This document shows, one piece after another, positions 25,191 through 36,080 of a DNA stretch of 64,000 nt (positions are counted from its first letter, which is position 1; every line of letters starts with the position of its first letter). Source of the DNA: Lama glama. Its lineage: Eukaryota. The DNA is taken from contig CM052816.1 in assembly GCA_028534125.1 (NCBI GenBank), forward strand, positions 26,538,001 through 26,602,000, read 5' to 3'. The notes under the pieces were generated by a model. It was not told where the DNA came from. It ran no database searches and saw only the letters and a program-made list of their open reading frames with translations. The position numbers and the translations under genes were made by a program.

Positions 25191-25548
25191 CAGCCTGGCT
25201 CTTTGAGTTCAGTTCAAGGGCTTCTCATGGAGCCCTGAAGCAATACCTTCAGAACCACGAGTTTTCCTCCATCCCCTCTTTCACCCTGTAACAGCAAACC
25301 TAAATGTGTACAACTGCACTTCAGATGGGGGGCAATGGGTTCCATTACTAGCCAAGTTGATTAGGTTCCCACTGAGTAGTGTTTTGGCACCGATGCTCAG
25401 ATGAACAACGGCATTACTTGGCAAAGGATGATTTTGTGGTTTCCAAGGTCAGTAGATCCAGGTTTCAAAATATTTGTTTGTTTTAGCTATGCCACTGCTT
25501 TTCAAAGTGTTTTTCACATAATGGCTCTGTTCAATCATTCTCATTTCT

Positions 25549-25652
25549 TTTTTTTTTCCCAAATAATTTTTTTTAAATGGAGTTATTGGGAATTGAACCC
25601 AGAATCTTATGCATGCTAAGCATGCACTCTACCAGTGAGTTATACCTTCCCC
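25549..25652 (-). mobile_element. Short tRNA-derived SINE (camelid Vic-1-like) with 18-bp TSD
   Basis: Reverse complement ggggaaggtataactcactggtagagtgcatgcttagcatgcat...ctgggttcaattccc with A/B boxes and A tail; TSD tcaatcattctcatttct 25531-25548 and 25653-25670. Confidence 0.88.
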
Positions 25653-25714
25653 TCAATCATTCTCATTTCTATTGCCACAAAAGGGATGCCAGACTAAAAG
25701 GGAACACTAGCAAA

Positions 25715-26350
25715 TCCAGCAAGTGGTGTCAGGAAAACTGGACAGCAGCATGTAAATCAATGAAATTAGAACACTCCCTCACACTGTACACAAAAATAAA
25801 CTCAAAATGGCTTAAAGACTTAAACATAAGACAAGACATTATAAACCTCCTAGAAAACATACGCAAAATATTCTCTGACACAAATATTAGCAATGTTCTC
25901 CTAGGGCAGCTATCCAGGAAATAGAAATAAAAGCAAAAATAAACAAATGGGACCTAATTAAACTTACAAGCTTTTGCACATCAAAGGAAACCATAAGTAA
26001 AAGAAAACAACAACCTACAGAATGGGAGAAAATATTTGCAAATTGTCATGCTAAGTGAAGTACGCCAGAAAAAAAGAACAATACCATATGATACCACTCA
26101 TGTGGAATCTAAAAGAAAAGAAAAGGGGACACTAATGAACTTATGTACAAAACAGACTCACAGACATAGTAAACAATCTTATGGTTACCAGGGGAAAAGG
26201 GGTGAGAAGGGATAAATCTGGGAGTTTGAGATCTGCAAATGTTAACCACTATATATAAAAACAGATTAAACAAATCCCTTCTGGATAGCACAGGGAACTA
26301 TATTCAGTATCTTGTAATAACCTTTAATAAAAAAGATATGAAAACAAATA

Positions 26351-26387
<37 letters not shown>

Positions 26388-26480
26388 GCATGACTGGGAC
26401 ACTGTGCTGTACATCAGAAATTGACACATTGTAACTGACTATACTTCAATTTAAAAAAACAAAAGCAAACAAAAAAACCC
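25715..26480 (+). mobile_element. Young L1 3' fragment with ~0.6-kb internal deletion
   Basis: [30 protein letters not shown]; jumps at ~26043 from atatttgcaaat to gtcatgctaagtgaag; (TG)n in 3'UTR. Confidence 0.88.
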
Positions 26481-27334
26481 GAAGGTTTGATTCCTCTTAA
26501 AAGTCAACTGGAAGATATAGAAAGATAGACATGGTGGGAAAGTTCAGATTGAACCCATGTCTTGAACTACAGATTATCTTAGGAATTCACATGAGGGATC
26601 TGCTACTCACTTTTTTCCCTCAGAATGTGCATCTTTATCCCAGTGTTGTTTTCTTCCTTAGGGAAGCCTGACTGCAAAGCTAGACAAATATTTTTGAATT
26701 CTTAAGTGATTGTTGAGAGGCATGAAGGCCTGAGACACAATGGCTTTAGCCGAACCTTTATCCAGGAGCACAACATTTCGTCCCTATTTATGGAGTGCAC
26801 CCTGCTCTGTGGGCAGAGCACAGAGCATGCATACTAGAGCAGGACAGATGAGGACTAGAGACTGCAGGGTCTGCCCTAAAAAATCTTATGGTTCAATTTT
26901 GAGGAAAAGCCAAACGAGCATGGCAATCTAGTAAGAACAGTTATTTGGAAGCACAAAAATAAACTATTATATATGAGGATACAAAATCTGGAAGCTTCTT
27001 TATGGTTATAAATACTTAGGAACCTGTGAAAATTATTGTATCCCCATATATCATCTTCAGGAAGTCTAAGAAATTCAGGGGTTTTTTTTTCTCATACTGC
27101 ATGAAAAGTTGCTCATATAATGAATTTAAGGTTTAAAAGTCAAAGGATGCAGAATATACTTGGGGAGTGAAACACCAAGCTTATATCATGCTTCCAAGAT
27201 GCTCATAAAACACTTTTATTTGGAAGCATATGTTATAAGGTTACAAAGTGGAATATAATTTGAGTAACTCTTCTAAGGTTCAGTATCATTAAGACTGGAT
27301 AAAGACTGGTGAAATTATTTTCTAAGAAATAAAA

Positions 27335-29500
27335 CTTAAAACATTAGATGAAAAGTTCTAAGAAAAATATTAGCAGACCAAACCCAACAATGTAAAACAA
27401 GTTCTATATCATGCACAATCAAGTAGAGTTTTCCCCTAGCCTGGAAGGTTAATTTAACATTAGAAAATCTATTACAGACATTCATCACAGTAACAGAAAA
27501 ACCGTATCTCAATAATGAAAAAGTATTTGACAAAATTGAATATACATTCATAGAAAAAACCTCTTATCAACGAAAGAGAACTATACTGACTGAATACTGA
27601 TAAAGGGTATCTACTGCAACATCACATTTAATGGTGAAATGTGGAGAGTACTCCCTTAAAAGTTAGAAGTAAAACAAGTGTTGCCTGTTATTAAAAATTC
27701 AACCTTTCTCCAGTGAAGTTAAGGCAACAAAATAAAAGTACTGGAAAGTAACAAAAAACTACCTATATTCTCAGATAAAACCATTGTGTAAAAGAAAATC
27801 TACAGATGAAGAACTACAAGTTGCTAGATACAAAATCAATATATAAAAATCAATTACATTTATTCAGTGCTGAAGTACAGAAATGCCATTTTGAAAAGAT
27901 ACCATTAACACATTATCAAAAATATTAAGATTACAGGAATTAATTTAAGCCAAGATATGTAAAACTTCTAAGAATAAAATTATAAAGTTTTCTGAAATGT
28001 ATTAGAGAAAGCTTGACTCAAATCATGTACCATGCTCATGGACTGAAAAGTTCAACATCATTAAGGTGTCAGTGTTCTCCAAATTGATACTTAGATTCAA
28101 TATAATTCCAACAAAAATCGTCCTAAGGTTTTTTTTCCCTATGAAACTGACAAACTGATTCTAATATTTATAGCAAAAATCAGGATGTCAATGGGGAACT
28201 TAATTTTATCGATATCACCATTTACAATGAAACTATAACTGATTCAGTATAGTATCAATTTAGGGATAGACAAATTGATCAAAGAGACAGAGTCCAGAAA
28301 AAAAATACATACACACACACTTAGTTTATAACAATAGTATTGTATTTCAGGGACTTTTCAATACATGATGCTGGGACAATTGGATATCCATATTGTAAAA
28401 AATAAAACTGTCTGTACTTCATGCCACATATGAAAATCAATTCCAGGTGGATTAAAACTTAAATGTGCAGGTAAAATTGTAACACTTAGAAGACAACATA
28501 GGAGACTATCTTTATAACCAAGGATTACAGATGGGTTTCTTAAATAAGACACAAAACCCCCACGAACTATAGAGACAAAGTAATAAATTAAACTTCATTA
28601 AAACTAAGAACCTCAGTTCATCAAAATTTACCATAAAGACAGTTAAAGGACATGCCACAAATCAAGAGAAGATACTTGCAAAATACGTAACTAACAAGCG
28701 GAAATAGGCAATGGAAAAGAAAACAGACCCTTCACAGAAGAGGAAATCCAGATGGCCAATGAAAAGATGTGCAATCTCATTACTCACTGAAGAAATGTAA
28801 GTACAAATAACAGTAAGGATCCATTTTGTTATCACTAAATTGGAAAAAAAAACTGATACTATTAAACATTGGTGAAAGCATGCACAATTCCTCTCTATAC
28901 ATATGCTAGTGAGACAGTAAATCCATATTCAGTACAGAAAACGATTTGGCATTATCAGTAAATAAAGATGCACATACCCAGTAATTCCACTCCCAGTTAT
29001 ATACTCTAGGCCTAAAGAAATTCTAGAGTGAATACCAGGAAAAGGGTATAAAACATTTACAACAGCACTATTTGTAATAGAAGAAAGTGGAAATAACCCA
29101 AATGTCCACCAACAACAGAATGGATGAAAATAGCAGTGAACCTAAGTGCTACCATGCTCCATGCAACAAAACTACTCCGTGCAGCAAATGACTGCTCTTA
29201 TAAACAGTATTATCTGTAAGGAAGCCATAAACATATATGTAATGATTCCCTATGTATATAGGATTCAAAACCATGAAGAAATCTTAAAGTATTTTTACAG
29301 ACAGAAACACATAGTAAAATTACGTATTAAAATCATAAGGGACTGCTAATTGAAAATTCAGATGGAAGGAGATGGTGACACTGGATTAGAGAGGAGTTCA
29401 AAGATCTTAAAAGGAAAGAGCTGTGTTCCATACTACATATTCATTGTATCATTATTCTTTATACTTTACATATATTTTAAATATTCTTTTATATCAGGCT
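27335..29500 (+). mobile_element. Old L1M ORF2 + 3'UTR, degraded
   Basis: gaaaaagtatttgacaaaatt; ccatgctcatggactgaaaagttcaac; ggaaataacccaaatgtccacc. Confidence 0.8.
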
Positions 29501-29699
29501 AATAGCCAATGTTTTAAAAGAGAAATACTGACCTGTAGCCATCTTTACATTGATTAAATCTAGTTAAACACTTTCCTGTAGAAATACACTTCCTAACGTT
29601 AATATTGGAATAGAAGTAAAAAGTAAATCCTCATTATCCTAATAAGCATGACAGAAAAATCTTCAAAGAGGAACTTCAGGCAAAGGAGGAAAGAGAGAA

Positions 29700-30300
29700 T
29701 AAAATAACCACCCGCCTTCATGAAGCCAAAAGTCTCCTTTGGAAAAGAAGCAAGAGACCTCCTCCCCACCAGCCGACAGCGCCTTTAACTCCGTGATAAG
29801 GCTGTAAATTCTCTTTGCCGGCCTGGAACTTAGTGTAAACACTCCAAGAGCCTGAGGGACCACAGAGAGAGAAATGGCCTGGCTCTGGCTGCCTCTCCTC
29901 TGGGGGAATGCTCACTATCAACTGTTGAATCACAAAACCCAAGCTCCCCGCATCCATCAAGGGCAGTGAGCCCCTGCGGTGCGGAGCGTTTCTGGCGCAG
30001 GGCGAGGGGGCAGGGGGTGGAGGGCTGGGCCCCCGCCCAGCCACCAGAGCTGGCCGGGTCCTGGGATCCCCGGCAGGGCGCAGCGCCACAGGCCAGTCTC
30101 CCGCCCATCACCGCCTTTCCTCCATCTCTCCATCTGGCAGACTACACTTCGCACCTTCAGCTCCCACATCCAACTGGCCTCCGTGAGCGAACGCATAGCT
30201 AATACTCCAGAACTGCCACTTGTGGAATCAAAAAGCAAGATGTGCTGGGCACCAAGCTGATAGATACGTATTTCGACGTTCACGTGGCAGATTAAAGCAC
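29700..30300. promoter_or_regulatory. Non-repeat GC/CpG-rich patch; candidate promoter/enhancer
   Basis: Retained CpGs, GC boxes (cccccgccc 30030-30038, ccgccc ~30101), G-runs, E-box cacgtg 30281-30286. Confidence 0.55.
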
Positions 30301-30644
30301 ATCTTGCAAGTCGTTGGGGTATCTTGCGACCCCTTCCCTGAAATACAGCACCATGTGTATATAAGGCAAGGAAAACTGAGCCGCTTGTGGGAGAGCAGGC
30401 GGCCTGCCCTCCGGCAAGCCAGCCCGAAACTTCTCAGATAGCAGTTGGCAATAACAACTCAGCCTGTCCGCTACAGTACTTAAAGCTGATGGATATATTA
30501 TTTTTGTTTGGGGGTGGGGGGAGTCTGTTCTACCATTAATGACTCCTAGAGCATTAGCTCAACTATTTTCTTTTATATTAAAATAAAAGATGATTTAGGA
30601 AGGTTTCCCATGGCTTCTCAGTAACTTATGCCAGTGTACAGTAT

Positions 30645-31280
30645 TTAAATCAACTTTATTGAGGTGTAATTTACATACAATGAAGTGCACTCACTTTAAG
30701 TGTATAGTTCTAGGCATTTAATCTGTACAACTACTGCAGTGAAGATGCAGGGCATTTCCAATACCCGACCAAGCTCCCCTGGCTCCTTCCTGTCCGTGGT
30801 TCCTCTACCTGCACCCCTGGCCTCAGGCAATCTCTGATCTGTTTTCTGTCACTGGAGGTTAGTTTTGTCATTTCTAAAATTTCAGTTAGAGAGCAGAGCC
30901 AAGACGGCGGAGTAGAGAGACTCACAGCTCGCCACCTACCACAAATACACCAAGAATTACATCTACAAACCCATTGAATCACACAGAACACCTACTGAAC
31001 TCTGGCAAAGTGTCTCTCACTTCAAAATATAGGAGTATTCTCACAAAATCCGATAAACAACAAGTGTATACTGTATAGTACAGGGAACCATATTCAATAT
31101 CTTGTAGTAACTTATGGTGAAAAAGAATATGAAAAGGAATATAGGTATGTTCCTATACGACTGAAGTACTGTGCTGTACACCAGAAATTGACACAACATT
31201 GTAAACCGACTGTACTTCAATAAAAATATATTTAAAAATAAAATAAAATTTCAAATAAACGGAATCAGCCAATATATTTT
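30645..31280 (-). mobile_element. Old L1MB/ME 3' end hosting the spliced L1 insertion
   Basis: caactttattgaggtgtaatttacatacaatgaagtgcac...; resumes aataaacggaatca after 31253. Confidence 0.75.
30885..31243 (+). mobile_element. Spliced non-autonomous mini-L1 (5'UTR head fused to 3'UTR tail; SpIRE-like)
   Basis: 5'UTR head homologous to 136-288; junction aaaatccg|ataaacaacaag at 31052/31053; AATAAA 31219; TSD taaaatttca 30875-30884 and 31244-31253. Confidence 0.85.
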
Positions 31281-32849
31281 TAATTCAGATTTTCTGCATC
31301 CTGATAAACTTCTATTTTCTCAGGCATTTCTCTTGGTTTGTATTTTTCAAAATGGCATGACATTATTTTGCTTTGTTTTCCCCCCAAATGGTTTTTCCAA
31401 TTTTAGTACATGCAGTGCTGAAAGGAACACTTTCAGCCTGGTTTTTAAACTTATAAACCAGAAAAGTTAAAGATTTTTAAATTAAAGTGAAAATATGTAT
31501 GACTCACATCATGATATTTAAGAAAACACTTCCATCCTATCTGTGCCATATGAGTTAACTGGACAAGTTGTCCAACCCCATGACTGTGGCTGACGGCAAG
31601 TGTCGGCTTCTGAGGGCGTATGACAAGGTTCATTTACAATATCCATGAACAGAACAAGAAAGAAAATGCTGACAGATCAGCCAATTATCAAAGAGTGAAA
31701 AATAAAAAGCTGCCGATTGGAATTACCGAAGAGAATCTCATCTCTGTCCAGTCACTGGTGGTGGCCACAGAAGGTGGTTTCTCTCTCTACGTTTCTATAA
31801 TGCCTTCTGAGAGGCAGGAGAGTTTTAGGTAATATAATTGATTCCACGGATTGCCAGCTGTGCCCAGTCCAGGGAGACCAGAAGCCTCTCCAAAATGGGC
31901 AAGGCTGAGGTTCCCTCTCTTCTCAGTAATGTCTTCTTGGGCAGAAAGCTTCTTAACTCAGGACTGGACTTGCCCCTAGCAAAATTTTCACCTTTCTCCT
32001 TTATCTTCCAGGCCATTAACTTTGGGGACTGTTTGAGGCTGCAAGTCACACAGAGAGCTTCATCCACCAGAGCAGAAAAAAGGAGACTACAGTCTGTTTT
32101 CCAGCCTTCTATTTTTGTTACCCATCATATCTATTTTAATGGCAATTAAACTCTGGTGCCCTCTCTTATCTCTGCTGGCTAATGTATTTTATTCCACCAC
32201 TCCCAAAGGGAATAATCCCAAATCTAAAGCCTGTGCTGTATTAAAGACCCATGAATGCTTAATCAGAGCAAACAGAGGATTTGGTTTGTATAAACAGCAA
32301 AAGCTCATGTCTTTTATGTCCAGAGAGCAGGACTAAAAGAAGAAAATGACGATAAATCATTTCAAGAAACAGCGTAACGTAAATGTTGTATGTTTATTTA
32401 AAACTTCATACGGTCATTTGTCTAGAGCTACAGCCCAGCTTCACAAAATGACTTGCCATAGTGAGTTCGGAGGCAAGCAGCATTCAAGAGCCAAAAGACG
32501 AACTGCCTCCTTCCCAAACGGGCTATGGGGAAAACGATAAGCTCTTAAGCAGAACCAGAGAGTCTAAGAGGGTAATGCAGCAGTAACTCACACTTTGATA
32601 ACTGGGGTTTGTGTTTTGCTTTTTTAACAGTTCTTTTGTTAAGGTATCAAGTTACACAACGATCAAGATGGTTTTAAAAGAGTAAAAGGATGTGACTTTT
32701 AATCCAAGCTGATAACATCCTTAAGTTTACTTCCAAGAACGAACATAAGAAGAGTAAAGAACATGAGGCAGGGTGAGGGGGACCTGGTTGCCTGGGAGTG
32801 CACTGTGTGTTAGCTATTTATGAATAGAATGTTTTCAGGGATTTAGAGC

Positions 32850-33055
32850 TTGCGCTGGCTCTGCCTTCAGGCTGCCTTAGTGTGAATTCTGACTTGACTA
32901 CTTCTCAGCTGAATGGCTTGGGTAAGACTTCTTTACCCCTCAGTCTCCTCATCTGTAAAATGGAACGATGATAAAGGCACCAGCCTCAGAGAATTGTTGC
33001 AAAGATTAAACATACATGGAGTGTTTTAATAGTGTCTGGTGACTAATGAGTAAGA
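32850..33055 (+). mobile_element. MIR SINE
   Basis: cctcagtctcctcatctgtaaaatgg core. Confidence 0.8.
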
Positions 33056-33399
33056 GCTGGTTTTCGAGGGACAGACCTTCCACAAATCTCTGAACACAGC
33101 ATGAAAAAAACCTCCATTATGGTTTCACTAGGAGGTGGTGATGGGCAGGGATGGACAAGAAGACAGTTACCTGGCTCTGTAACCCTGAAGACCACCTTCC
33201 CTGGAGAGAGGGAGCAAAATCATCCTCAAATTGTTTCTAATGTGAATGGTAAATACAATTCTATTTCCACATCACCTCAAAACCACAACATTTGAGGTCA
33301 GAGTAAATCTTATTTCCTAAGTTTGTACAGTCTTTGAAGATGGGCATTCTTTTTTTTACTTAGAACACTACAGGACCAGCTAGACCACTGAGTTTTCTT

Positions 33400-33492
33400 C
33401 CTTTTTTTTTTTAAATGGAGGTAGTGAGGATTAAACCCAGGATGCACTCCACCACTGCACTATACCGTAGCCCCCGCCCTCATTCCCCGCCT
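33400..33492 (-). mobile_element. Vic-1-like tRNA SINE, internally deleted
   Basis: tttaaatggaggtagtgaggattaaacccagg|atgcactccaccactgcactatacc; TSD tgag(t/c)tttctt 33389-33399 and 33493-33503. Confidence 0.75.
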
Positions 33493-34224
33493 TGAGCTTT
33501 CTTAATATGCTGTGGGTTGTCACAATGGTAGCACACATGATCATATATAAAGCCTGATTTCCTTAAGAGACAGAACACTCCCAACATGGTATGCTATGGC
33601 CTCTTTAGTTAAGGGACTTTTTCTCTTAATTTTTTTTAGGTAAAGTCATAATGTATGTGTGTATCCTGGCACATTTCTCATTCAGATAAATAAGGACTCT
33701 TTAAAATATAAATTACGTTATTCAGTGAGATCAGTGTGTTATTTATGATAGATATTCTCATTTAATCCAGCACATTCCAATCCTGTTTTTGAGACCCTGA
33801 AGCAGTAAAATAATGTGGCTGGTGTCTGGGTTTTCTTGTTTGTCTTTAGTTTCCTTAAATTTAAAGATAAAGTTTTTTTTTTAAATAAAACCCTAATCAA
33901 TATTTTGTGTTACAAGCTTTGAGGAAGCTAAATTGTGAAGCCTCTATCTTTCCAAAGCTTATAATCCAGAGGCGGAGGTAAGATATAAACATATAAAACA
34001 CTTAACAGCAAAAGATACATAACTTTCCAACTAAATATTGAACTAGTTTCACTGTCTATATATGATAAATTCTTCGTAAAATTCATTGTAGAGATATTTG
34101 CTGCAGAAATTCAAAGGAGGAATTCACTTCCCAGGGATAGGGTGGGTGGGAGAGAGAAGGCAGAACTTTGCTTGAAGGATGGGAAGACAGGAGGGGGTGG
34201 GGGAAGAGCATGCTTCAAGACTTG

Positions 34225-34740
34225 TACATTCATCCACCCAACGAATGTTTATTGAGCTTCTATTACATGCCGGGCACTGTGCTCATTTATGAGGTGCTGG
34301 GGTATAGACTGAATGAACGGGTCCAGTCCCTGCCCTCTTAGAACTGTTAAAAATGAAACAATGAGCCCCCATATGGAGATGCTGATGCTAAGCCCCATGA
34401 CACCAAACTCAGACTCAAAACTCAGAGTTTCAGCTCTCCCAGAAATGGAAGCTTCAGTCAGTCAGGAATTGCCTCATTAGCACTAGTTATGTAAACTGCC
34501 TGACAGACCCCTGCCATCCCCTAACGGAAGGGAACGTTGCAATAACGGACTCATTCTTTTGCCTGGTGAACTTCCTGTCCCTGCTCCGTTCTGACTATAA
34601 AAGGTCTTTCATTTTGTGCAGCTCCTTGGAGCTCCTTTCTATCTGCTACATTGGATGCTGCCTGATACTAATTGACTTCTGCTCAAATAAACTCAAACTT
34701 TTTAATATGCCTCAGTTTCCCTTTTAACAGAGCTTACAAG
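34225..34740 (-). mobile_element. L2 3' end fragment interrupted by LTR
   Basis: gaatgtttattgagcttctattacatgccgggcactgtgct...ccctgccctc [LTR] gagcttaca. Confidence 0.7.
34345..34729 (+). mobile_element. Solo LTR, ERV1-like
   Basis: TGTTAAAA...TTTTAACA inverted termini, TATAAAA at 34596, AATAAA at 34686, 4-bp TSD gaac/gagc. Confidence 0.85.
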
Positions 34741-35519
34741 GAAAAACTTAATAGAAATAAGTACTTTCATTTTTTATTCCCAGGCTGATTTAAGCTCCCA
34801 CTTTAGATTGTGCCAAGTAGGGAGACAATGGCTAATTCATTTTCCCTCTTCTCCCCCTTTTCTTGATTCCTGTCCTCAGTCAGGAATGCAAGTCCTCATG
34901 TGCTCTCTACTTTGTCCCCTATTAAAAAGTTGTTTTCATGAACAACTGGATACATTCACATAAAAGACTGAGAAGACCCAAGGGCTGTCTCCTTCAGATG
35001 CGTAAGAGGCGATATATTCACAGCTAACACTGTAATTCCAGGTACCTGCAAGATTACCCAGGAGGCAATTTTGGAGTGAGGAGGTGGGGGCGGGGTACAT
35101 GCAGAGAGCCTTCCTCTCCTCTGACCTGTGCGATCACATCGCCAATCAAATATACCTACAAATGCTGATTTATCACACATCTAACATTTCTTTAAAATTG
35201 CTTGAGATTTTCAACGTGTCCACTAACATGTCCATTTCTCAGAAATCACTTAAACAAAAAGAAAAATAAGAAAATGAAACTCCTGGAGCAGTTTTACTCT
35301 GTTCATATACCTTGGAGGTCTTGTCATTGATTTCTTCTCACTCTTTGCTTCTTTGAGGATTTTAATTGTTATCCTTTTAATTGGGGGGCAATTCTTAAAT
35401 TAAAATATCACTAATAGATCATTTTAAATATTTTCCAGAAGTAAGGGCCCTACTATGGTTATCTTTAGTACAGATTCTGAGGAGGAGGGCTGGGAAGGTA
35501 CAATTTCACTGTGTAGGAA

Positions 35520-35750
35520 GTAAAGTGTGGTAAAGAATGACAGCCTGTGGTTACATTGTCCTCAGTTGTACTTATGTTTTACCACCTAATAAACTGTATG
35601 GCTTTGGATAAGTTCTTTAACCTCTCTCAGCAGGAGCTTTCTCATTTGTCAAATGGATAATCATAGCATCTGTCTTATTAGAGTGTATAAGAATTTGATG
35701 AATGAATTAATATAAAATGCCTAGCACTGATGAAGGCCTTACTAATTGTT
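35520..35750 (+). mobile_element. MIR SINE
   Basis: ctttggataagttctttaacctctctc...tttctcatttgtcaaatgg. Confidence 0.7.
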
Positions 35751-35754
35751 AGCA

Positions 35755-36080
35755 AGTAGTCATTCTTTTATCTACCAAGTGTTTATCTCCTATGACATGT
35801 CAGGCATTGTTTCCGGTGTTGGTATATAGCTGTGAAAAGAAAGCCCCTGTCTCACGAAGATTATGTCCTAGTTGGAGCTCACATGCAATCAATACATAAA
35901 TATGTAACGTGCCACATGGTGATAAGTGCTGTGAAGAAAACTGAAGCCGAGGAAGGAGGGAGAGAATGCTGGCTGAGAAGACGAGTTATTGCAAATAGGT
36001 CAAGGCAGGCAGGTATCTGTGATATTTAAGCAGAGTCCTGCCTGAGGGGGTTGGTAAGCCATGGGGTATCTGGGAGGAAG
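35755..36080 (-). mobile_element. L2 fragment
   Basis: tgtcaggcattgtt...ggtgataagtgctgtgaagaaaa. Confidence 0.7.

Noticed and set aside
25549..25652. tRNA gene
   Set aside because: TSD and A tail show it is a tRNA-derived SINE
29718..30441. Overlapping ORFs in the GC-rich patch
   Set aside because: Pro/Gly/Arg-rich translations expected from base composition; no convincing exon structure
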